The notes beneath the pieces are model-generated. The model was not told the origin of the DNA. It saw nothing but the letters and a program-made list of their open reading frames with translations, and did no database searches. From an uncultured Rikenellaceae bacterium (GTDB lineage Bacteria > Bacteroidota > Bacteroidia > Bacteroidales > VadinHA17), in assembly GCA_964435015.1 (NCBI GenBank), contig CAYSXP010000006.1, positions 8,079 through 72,078 on the forward strand: a stretch of DNA of 64,000 bases. Direction: 5' to 3'. How positions within the stretch are numbered: position 1 is the first letter of the stretch; each line of letters opens with the position of its first letter. Position numbers and translations under genes: made by a program. Below, piece by piece: positions 56,656-64,000 of this stretch.

Positions 56656-57840
56656 TTAATTAACCAGCCTGTAGTAAAACAGTTTGTGCCCTTTGAAAAG
56701 TTCAGGATGCAATATTGCCGCAATATCCTTCAGTATGACATCAGGAGAAAGACATCCGCTTTCCCAGTAATCATTTCCGCCATCGCTGCCCAGCCTGTTA
56801 TTGTTATTGTACATGTTCCCGTTTAAAAAACAGGGCAGGTTCCTGAGCCGCGAATCAATGGCAGTAATTTCCTCCCTCCTGTTTACATTTCCGGTGTTGA
56901 GCCAGAAATCAGCATTTACCGCCCTGGAATAAACCGATTCCAGTGCCATGGGCATGGAAATCCTTGACTTTTTGTCGCTCCATAAATATTCACCGCCTGC
57001 ATCCCTGATCAGAGCGCTGATATATGAGTCACCGGGTGAAATAAACCATGTGTCCTTAAAAGGCATTCCAAGCAGTACCTTCTTCCGCATATTAAGCCCC
57101 GAATCAACACAGGCCCTCAGGTCGAGATATCTTTTCTGCACATTCAGGAATATTGAATCAGCCATTGCATCCCTGCAATACAAGGCCCCAATGACCTTTA
57201 TCCACTCTGCCTTGCCCAATGGTTCATTTTCAAGATAATCGGCATTGAAAATAATCCTTACACCCAGATTCCGCAGTTTTCCGAGATAGCCTGCAGATTC
57301 GCTTCCGATCCCATAGATCATTATCAGATCCGGCGACAGGCTGATGATTTTTTCCTTGTCAATATTGTCTTCGTAGCCTATATCGCTGATTTTCCCGTTT
57401 TCCGCCAGCTCCCTGAGTATGGGATTATAAATGTATCTGGTTCCTGAAAAGCCGCAGATGCTTTTCCTTTCACCAAGCGCATTTATCATGGCCAGATGGG
57501 TTGTTGACATGCAGATGATTTTTTTCAGCGGGACGTGAATGATTTTCGAGCTGTCGGCTCCCAAGGGAGCAGCATTTCCTTCCGGAACAAGATACCATTC
57601 CTGCACAATACCTTCGGCTCCCTGCCACGGATCCAGGATCCTGAGTTGCGAATACCCGTTCATTCTTATCAGTGATACCCTCTTCGCAATTTTCATCATG
57701 TTAATTTCCTGCACATTGACAATTTCCGTTCCCTCAGACACCCTGCCTGCGCATGATATAAGGGAAATCTGAATTGCCATCAGGAAAGCTGCCTGGCAAA
57801 GTCGGGTCCGATGAAAAAAAATGTACAGGAAGCACTTCAT
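56656..57840 (-). CDS. Periplasmic binding protein (BtuF/FecB-type, cobalamin/siderophore class)
   Basis: 394 aa with a lipoprotein-like signal (ISLISCAG). First gene after a cobalamin riboswitch and upstream of the FecCD permease and ATPase. Confidence 0.75.
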   Translation of the reverse strand: MKCFLYIFFHRTRLCQAAFLMAIQISLISCAGRVSEGTEIVNVQEINMMKIAKRVSLIRMNGYSQLRILDPWQGAEGIVQEWYLVPEGNAAPLGADSSKIIHVPLKKIICMSTTHLAMINALGERKSICGFSGTRYIYNPILRELAENGKISDIGYEDNIDKEKIISLSPDLIMIYGIGSESAGYLGKLRNLGVRIIFNADYLENEPLGKAEWIKVIGALYCRDAMADSIFLNVQKRYLDLRACVDSGLNMRKKVLLGMPFKDTWFISPGDSYISALIRDAGGEYLWSDKKSRISMPMALESVYSRAVNADFWLNTGNVNRREEITAIDSRLRNLPCFLNGNMYNNNNRLGSDGGNDYWESGCLSPDVILKDIAAILHPELFKGHKLFYYRLVN

Positions 57841-57929
57841 TTCTTAAAATCTGTTCTCATTTGAGCTGCCGGGAAAACTGGTTTGGAATCAGGTGACGAC
57901 TCTGGCCTTTATTTCCCGAAAGCCTGAAT

Positions 57930-58135
57930 ATTTCTTTTTCTGGCAGGTCTTCTGACTTGTCCCGGTTTTAAAAAGCCTTCCCATTCCTTTCAGGCAGAAA
58001 CAGTGGCAGGTATTTTTCAAAACCTTCATCACGCAAATGGTGACGGGGCATCACAGCAGCGGGTACTGTAGCGGATTTGCACCGCTTTCCCTTTTCATTA
58101 TAACGATTATGAGCCGTTATAACACCATCAGGGGC
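57930..58135 (-). promoter_or_regulatory. Cobalamin (B12) riboswitch
   Basis: The minus strand reads AAAAGGGAAAGCGGTGCAAATCCGCTACAGTACCCGCTGCTGT ... GCCACTG ... AAGTCAGAAGACCTGCCAG (B12 box). A P2-like hairpin GTTATAACG/CGTTATAA(T) lies upstream. The boundaries are approximate. Confidence 0.85.
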
Positions 58136-58371
58136 CAAAGGTAAATAAATTTACGGACAGGGCAAATGTCAGGAATGAACAGTCACCGGCATGACAGCTG
58201 GATGTTAAGTATTCCAGAGTAGTTTCCGGTTTTCACTGAAAGTGAGTGATGGAGGAAATGCCATACGGATTCAGGTCCGGGTACGGCAGCAACCCGATAT
58301 GATGGTTTAACTGATTCTCCGCTTTTTTCAGCAATGATTGCGGAAGCTGTATCGATGTTGTTTTCGGGGGG

Positions 58372-59409
58372 TCAGCTGATTGTGCCGCAGGATTGTCTTA
58401 TGATCAGTTCAGGTGACATGTTAACCTGTCTTTTATATTTGCTTTTTCCTGCATTTTTCACCTCTGTCCATATCATATTGGCCACTTTCAGGGCCATGCC
58501 TGCCATGGGTTTTCTGAGGCAGGTAACAGAAGGGTAGATCAAATCGAAGCCAATGCCCTCTTCCATGCAGATAAGGGCAATATCCTGCGGAATTCTCACC
58601 TTCTTTCTCCGGAAGGTTGCTATTATCCTGTAAACCATGTCAGAAGAAAGTATGATCATGATTTCTCCCGAGTAGGGCGGCCTTAGGTATTTTTCAATTT
58701 GTGAGAATTCAATCTCATTGTCAGCAATGGTATTTTCAAGTTCAATTGTTACGGGAACGTTCATTCCTTCCCTGTTCTTGAAAGCCTGCCTGAGTATTCC
58801 GCTCAGGTAAGTTTCGCTGGCAGATGGATACTTGTGGGTTATAATAAGCACGTTCCTGTAGCCTATTCTGGCAATATGATTGACAATTCGCTGAGCTCCG
58901 TCGGACATATCCGAGCAAACCGTGTTAAGGCGCATCTGACTGACTGATTTTTCCAGGAGTACAAAAGGAAAGCTGGCTGATCTAAGGGAACGGACGACAT
59001 AATCATCAGCAGCTTCACCAACAAGGATAAGCCCTGTATAAAATTTTTTATAGGCAGCAACTATCCGGGCAGCCCTGGTTTCGTCCGGATCCTTGGTTGT
59101 AACCGAGAAAAGAAAACCGATGCTCTCAAATGCCTTCTGCAGATACGGTACGATTTCATAGATAAACGGATCATTGGCAACAGGTATGACCATTCCGATA
59201 ATACCCGGTTTTTCCTCGGCCGCAGAGGTTTCCGCTTTTTCCATTACCAGGTCAAAGTATCCCATCTGTCTTGCCAGTGCAAGGACTCTTTCCTGTGTGT
59301 CTTTCCTTATGCCATGCTGGTCCGCTTTGCTGTTCAGTACCAGCGACACCAAAGTGCTTGACACACCGAGCCTTTCGGCTATTTCCTTATTTTTTACCTT
59401 CTTCCCCAT
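58372..59409 (-). CDS. LacI-family transcriptional regulator
   Basis: N-terminal HTH (IAERLGVSSTLVSLVLN) and a periplasmic-binding-protein-like sugar-binding core. 345 aa. Confidence 0.88.
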   Translation of the reverse strand: MGKKVKNKEIAERLGVSSTLVSLVLNSKADQHGIRKDTQERVLALARQMGYFDLVMEKAETSAAEEKPGIIGMVIPVANDPFIYEIVPYLQKAFESIGFLFSVTTKDPDETRAARIVAAYKKFYTGLILVGEAADDYVVRSLRSASFPFVLLEKSVSQMRLNTVCSDMSDGAQRIVNHIARIGYRNVLIITHKYPSASETYLSGILRQAFKNREGMNVPVTIELENTIADNEIEFSQIEKYLRPPYSGEIMIILSSDMVYRIIATFRRKKVRIPQDIALICMEEGIGFDLIYPSVTCLRKPMAGMALKVANMIWTEVKNAGKSKYKRQVNMSPELIIRQSCGTIS

Positions 59410-59544
59410 GATTCCCTTCTATGGAAACCATGAAATTACTAAATATTTTAAATCAAAGGCCTGATTTAAAATATTTATCAGGATTTAAACATTATTTAAC
59501 TAAATGTGAAAATACAGGCACCGTCATTAATATATTACACCATT

Positions 59545-61509
59545 CTATCTTTTGGGTGCCTGAATTCCTCTTTGTTTAGCTGCGGCTTCGAGCCGTTGCT
59601 GCCATTTGGATTTTTTAAGTGGTTTCTTTTTGTTTTCCTCAAGTGTGGCAAGGACCTTTTCTGCATTGATGAATCTTTTTGAAAGGAGGTTTTGCAGATA
59701 GGTAATTATGTTTGCAAGAAAATAGTAATATGTAAGGCCTGCCGAAAAATTATTCAGTATTACCATGAACATTACGGGCATCATGTACATCATGAGTTTC
59801 ATGCCTGGCTGGTCCTGTCCGGGGGATGACCCCGACATTTTCATTGTAAGGATTGTAGAAGCTGTCATAAGAAGGGTGAACAGGCTTACGTGATCCCCAT
59901 ACATCGGGATCTTGAACGGCAAAGTGAGTATGGAGTCGTAGGTTGAAAGGTCAGTTGCCCAGAGGAATGGTTCCTGCCGCAATTCAATTGAAACCGGGAA
60001 AAATCTGAACATGGCAAAAAGTATCGGCATCTGGAGCAGCATTGGCAGGCAGCCGCCCATTGGATTTACGCCTGCTCTTTTGTAAAGGTCCATCGTTGCC
60101 TGCTGCTTCTTCATGGCATCTTCCTTTTTGGGAAATTTCTTGCCAAGTTCCTCGACTAGGGGTTTAAGTACCTGCATTTTCGCCTGCGACTGGTATGACT
60201 TGAAGGTAAGGGGCAGGAGGACAATCTTGATCAGAATGGTAAGTATCAGGATTATGAGCCCGTAACTTGAAATGTATTTCTCAAGCCAGTTAAAGACGGA
60301 TATTATAACGAATCTGTTAATCCAGCCTATGATATTCTTCCCGAGGAACACAATCTTGTCAAGCTGCATTCCCTCCTTTTTCAGCGTCGAGATCTGGTTC
60401 GGGCCGTAATAGAATTTCATTGAAATCAGCGACTCTGCACTCTGATTGAATGGCACACCCACTTCGGATGTAAAGTACCGGGTATATTTGGGAGAAGTAA
60501 GCTTGGTTGACTGCACCGAGCCATTCAGAAAGAAATCGTTGGTGATCAGGACAGATGAAAAGAACTGGTCCTGGTAAGCTATCCAGCTCAGCTTGGTTGT
60601 GATATCGGCCTTGTCGCTCTCCTTGTTTGACCTGAGCCTGAGTTGATCAACATCGTCCTGATAGTACTTGTATTTTATTGTAGTGTAGTTATCTTCATTC
60701 TGACGGCCTTTTTCCTGCTGCGGAACATACATCCGCCAGTCGAGAGTAATGCTGTTCTGGTTTGAAGCTATAACACCATCCATTGATTTGAAGGTAACAT
60801 CGAAATCAACCACATACCTGTCAGGCTGGAGTGTGTATTTATATTCAATATATTTATCCGTACCGGCCGGCAGCTGCAGGACAACACTCTGTGCTTCATT
60901 TTCGGCAAAATAACTGCGATTGCCGGAAACAGGCCTGAAGAACAGGTTGTTGGTCTGTATCGCCTTATTGTCGGCTGTAAAGAAATTAAATCCGAACACT
61001 GTTGAGTCGCCCGAAAAAAGAATAAGGGGAAGGGAGTCGTGAGTAAAATAGTCTTTGATCAGAGCGGAATAGATGCGCCCTCCCCTGGGCGAGATTTTAA
61101 GTTTTATCCTTTTGTTTTCCAGTGTGATCATGCTGGTGTCTCCTGCTGATGCACCTCCAAATGCCCCAAAGCGGCTGGAGTCAGGAATACTCACTTTTCC
61201 CTCTTCTGTTTTTAAGGCTGCGGCAGGAGTTGCAGATTTGGCCGTATCCTGACGGACTGGCTCAGCAACGAACCCCAGGACCCTGTTGATCTCATTTACC
61301 TTTGCAACTGCAACGGGTTCATTCGGCTTAAATCTCAGTGCATTAATATATTCAGCCCGTGCATTTTCCATTTCACCCCTGGCATAGAGGGAATCTGCAG
61401 CCACCATTATTTTTTCGTATGATTTATTAAGGCGGCTGCTGTTATAGACACTGAATCCAATGAAGATCGCGAAGATAAGTACTATGCCTGTTATCGTGTT
61501 TTTATCCAT
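59545..61509 (-). CDS. yidC: Membrane protein insertase YidC (long Bacteroidota form)
   Basis: 654 aa with a large periplasmic P1 domain and a C-terminal YidC core (GCLPMLLQMPILFAMFRFF, FLWATDLS). Confidence 0.92.
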   Translation of the reverse strand: MDKNTITGIVLIFAIFIGFSVYNSSRLNKSYEKIMVAADSLYARGEMENARAEYINALRFKPNEPVAVAKVNEINRVLGFVAEPVRQDTAKSATPAAALKTEEGKVSIPDSSRFGAFGGASAGDTSMITLENKRIKLKISPRGGRIYSALIKDYFTHDSLPLILFSGDSTVFGFNFFTADNKAIQTNNLFFRPVSGNRSYFAENEAQSVVLQLPAGTDKYIEYKYTLQPDRYVVDFDVTFKSMDGVIASNQNSITLDWRMYVPQQEKGRQNEDNYTTIKYKYYQDDVDQLRLRSNKESDKADITTKLSWIAYQDQFFSSVLITNDFFLNGSVQSTKLTSPKYTRYFTSEVGVPFNQSAESLISMKFYYGPNQISTLKKEGMQLDKIVFLGKNIIGWINRFVIISVFNWLEKYISSYGLIILILTILIKIVLLPLTFKSYQSQAKMQVLKPLVEELGKKFPKKEDAMKKQQATMDLYKRAGVNPMGGCLPMLLQMPILFAMFRFFPVSIELRQEPFLWATDLSTYDSILTLPFKIPMYGDHVSLFTLLMTASTILTMKMSGSSPGQDQPGMKLMMYMMPVMFMVILNNFSAGLTYYYFLANIITYLQNLLSKRFINAEKVLATLEENKKKPLKKSKWQQRLEAAAKQRGIQAPKR

Positions 61510-61684
61510 TACCTGGTAATATAGAGATCAATAATATGATTATAACTGAAAATGCCTTTCACAAATAAAGGAAAAGCAGATGAAAGGGCAGTTTTTCCGA
61601 ATGCAGGAGCCGCCCCTGCGGTAATATACATGATTAATCCCGGTCAATTGCAAATAATTTTCGGGTTGGACCTTTTTCTGCTTT

Positions 61685-63808
61685 TCAATCGTCAAGGCCT
61701 GAAAGGTCTATCAGTTTAACTTTTTCTTCGAGCGTCTTTATCATTTTCCGGGCATTCTCAATCTTTTCCCTTACCTCTTTTATCATAGTATCGGCGCTGG
61801 GTGACCTTGCAAAAAAGCCGATATTATTTTCCCACAGTACAATGTCGTTTTCAAGCTGTTTTATCTTGGTAAAGAATTTATCTCTTTCATTTCTTATTTT
61901 CCTGGATGCTTTCGGATTTGCCTTCAGGCTATCGAGTTTGGTCCTGTATTTCAGAATACTCCTGTCTTCATCCGCTATTTTAAGTTTGTCAAACTGCCTG
62001 TTCAGGGCGCTCCTGTACCTGTTGGTTATTTCCTCCTTTTTACCGAAGGGAACGAACCCGATCTCCGTCCACTTTCTCTGAAGCTCCTTAAGGCGGTCAA
62101 AAGCACCATGAACATCCGTTCCCGGTATCATTTTCTCAAGCTCATCGATTATTGCCATCTTGGCTGCAAGATTGTCTTCATACGATGTGTCCAGGTTTGC
62201 AAAGAACTCGCTTTTCCTGTTAAAAAAATGGTCGCATGCCTTGCGAAATCTTCTCCAGACCTTTTCCGACTGTTTCCTCGGAACAGGGCCGACCTCCTTC
62301 CATTTTTTCTGAAGCTGTATCAGGGCATCAGCGGTTGTTTTCCAGTCAGTGCTGTCCTGCAGTGCTTCTGCCTGGATGCACAATTCATTCTTCAGCTGCA
62401 GGTTATTAAGCTGGGTTTCCTTGTTGTCGGCATAAAAACTCCTTTTCTTTTCAAAAAAAGCATCGCATGCTTCGCGGAAACGCTGATATACCCTGTTGTT
62501 TTGCTTTTTGGGAGCAAATCCCAGTGTCCTCCACATTTTCTGAAGTGAAACAATCTTTTCGGCGCGCTCGTCAAAGTCCCTGAAACTGGTAATCTCCATC
62601 AGATTTATCGCTTCAACCTCTTCGCATAATGCTATCTTGGCTTCAAGATTCCGTCTTTGTTCATCCTTCTGTTTTTCAAAATATTCATGATGCCTCTTGT
62701 TTATCTGGGAGGTTGCTTCCCTGAATCTTTCCCATATTTCGTTTTTCGATTCCGGTGGAACCGGCCCTATCTCACGCCACTGATTGTGCAATTCCTGCAA
62801 TATGCGAAAAGCATTGACCGGGTTTGGTTCCAGGAGAAGCTCTTCTGCCTTTTCACATATCAAAACCTTGGTTTCGAGGTTCTTTTTCAGGTCAAGATCC
62901 CTGAGTTCCTTGTTTATCTTGATGTAATCATAGAAAACTTCAACACCGTGATGATAATTATCCCACAAATCCTTAAGGGAAGACTGGGGAACCACTCCGA
63001 TGGAGTGCCATTCGTTCTGGAGGTTCCGGAATTCATGAAATGTCTTGTTGATAGATTCTTCCCGGTTGACAAGATCCTTGATCCGGTCGATGATATCATA
63101 TTTCTTTTTAAGATTTTCGTATTTTTCGGCTTCCTGTACCTTGTTGAAATCATTCCTTTTGTCCCTGTATCTGCTCAGAAGCTCCTTTACCCTGTAGTCA
63201 AGCGGATCGACCAATATCTTAAAATCCTCAATCCTCCCTCCTCCCTCAAGGAATTTTGTTTTTCTTTCCTCTGATTCAAGTTTCAGCTTCTTGTAGAACA
63301 AAGTCCTGATCCGTTCAACATCATCTTTTATCTCCGACGGCGGCCTGTTATCAATTATCAATGCCAGTGTATCCACAAGCTCCGTTTTTGAATAGCCTGA
63401 GTAATCGACCGGCGGCAGTTCAATGTCGTCCAGATCCGTCAGGTCCTCAATCCGGTCCTGAACTTTTTCCGGCATCCCGCCGGCTGCATCACCGGAGATC
63501 TTTTCTTTCAGATCATCACTGCCAATAAAGGGAATTTCAGCTTCATCTTCCACATCCGGCTCCACTTCCCCTTCCCCTTCTGTTTCTGTTTCTGTTTCAG
63601 ATTGAGTCGGGCTGCCAGATTCTGATTCTGATTCTGATTCTGATTCTCTTTCCCATTCAACGTTTTCTTCCCTGCCCTCCGGAGTATTTTCCACCACTTC
63701 TCCTGCCCCTGCGGGCGTTTCAGCTTTTTCAGTACCGGCAGCATCATTCATTGCTCCGTTCTGTCCATCACGAACAGCATCTTCCGGATCTTCTTTAGTC
63801 ATAATCAA
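61685..63808 (-). CDS. DUF349-domain protein with acidic low-complexity N-terminus
   Basis: Repeated modules of about 75 aa with the pattern W..IG.VP......W.RF..A...FF, the DUF349 repeat. 707 aa. Confidence 0.8.
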   Translation of the reverse strand: MIMTKEDPEDAVRDGQNGAMNDAAGTEKAETPAGAGEVVENTPEGREENVEWERESESESESESGSPTQSETETETEGEGEVEPDVEDEAEIPFIGSDDLKEKISGDAAGGMPEKVQDRIEDLTDLDDIELPPVDYSGYSKTELVDTLALIIDNRPPSEIKDDVERIRTLFYKKLKLESEERKTKFLEGGGRIEDFKILVDPLDYRVKELLSRYRDKRNDFNKVQEAEKYENLKKKYDIIDRIKDLVNREESINKTFHEFRNLQNEWHSIGVVPQSSLKDLWDNYHHGVEVFYDYIKINKELRDLDLKKNLETKVLICEKAEELLLEPNPVNAFRILQELHNQWREIGPVPPESKNEIWERFREATSQINKRHHEYFEKQKDEQRRNLEAKIALCEEVEAINLMEITSFRDFDERAEKIVSLQKMWRTLGFAPKKQNNRVYQRFREACDAFFEKKRSFYADNKETQLNNLQLKNELCIQAEALQDSTDWKTTADALIQLQKKWKEVGPVPRKQSEKVWRRFRKACDHFFNRKSEFFANLDTSYEDNLAAKMAIIDELEKMIPGTDVHGAFDRLKELQRKWTEIGFVPFGKKEEITNRYRSALNRQFDKLKIADEDRSILKYRTKLDSLKANPKASRKIRNERDKFFTKIKQLENDIVLWENNIGFFARSPSADTMIKEVREKIENARKMIKTLEEKVKLIDLSGLDD
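63579..63647 (-). repeat. Hexanucleotide tandem repeats (TCTGTT)x3 and (GATTCT)x5 encoding (TE)n and (ES)n
   Basis: Plus strand 63579-63596 is TCTGTT x3, and 63618-63647 is GATTCT x5. They translate as ETETETE and ESESESESES. Confidence 0.9.
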
Positions 63809-64000
63809 TCCTTTATGGTTCAGTATCTTACATGATTGAAATATCCATTTTACCTCATGGATTTTTCAAAGTACGAAATTACCGAAATATTTATTAAACT
63901 CAAAGGTTTGCGGAAATTAATGTATATCAAGACATTCTCAGGCGGGAAATAATTATGTATATTTGATGAACCGTATATGAAAAAGTGATTATTGCTTATT

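Noticed and set aside
1-64000. CRISPR arrays, IS elements or transposases, integrases, prophage or toxin-antitoxin/defence gene sets
   Set aside because: Apart from the short coding tandem repeats reported (36619-36690, 63579-63647), no regularly spaced repeats were found. Nor were there nuclease, recombinase or phage-like ORFs in either strand of the ORF track. The only mobile-element-like signal is the 70-nt insert at the tRNA fragment.

Overview
The window looks like a chromosomal segment of a Bacteroidota-type genome. Supporting signs are a complete MoxR/DUF58/BatA-E aerotolerance operon, a long-form YidC, DUF349, DUF4105, TAnnTTTG-like promoter boxes and many sulfatases next to an anaerobic sulfatase-maturating enzyme. 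It is densely coding, and I saw no CRISPR array, IS element, integrase or rRNA. Main blocks, in order: (1) the 3' end of an MMPL exporter with a LolA-like partner, mnmE and oxidoreductases. (2) An anSME gene, followed by an 11-gene co-directional minus-strand array of rhaT-rhaM-rhaA-rhaB, five tandem sulfatases, a K+/H+ antiporter and an esterase, with a GH78 alpha-L-rhamnosidase transcribed divergently. All five sulfatases carry Ser, not Cys, at the formylglycine position. (3) arfB, then the most unusual locus: a five-gene plus-strand operon encoding a KamA-type radical-SAM aminomutase, two D-Ala-D-Ala-ligase-like ATP-grasp enzymes, a small GNAT and a DUF486/DMT permease. I cannot map this onto any known beta-lysine pathway. 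(4) CYTH, ung and the Bat operon, in which BatC carries a 21-Gln tract. (5) DUF4105, an M50 protease, pcm, and a second, divergent KamA paralog whose lysine-binding acidic residues are replaced. (6) A rearranged tRNA-Arg(UCU) locus with a truncated glycosidase gene, an unclassifiable structured 90-mer, and a partial tRNA duplicate interrupted by a 70-nt hairpin-rich insert. It is followed by an ORF-free region of about 830 bp. (7) bioG, a YihY fusion, comB-like, GT2, a TlpA-like thioredoxin, a cobalamin-riboswitch-controlled ABC importer, a LacI regulator, yidC and DUF349. Functional calls rest on motif and family recognition by eye, since no database search was possible.
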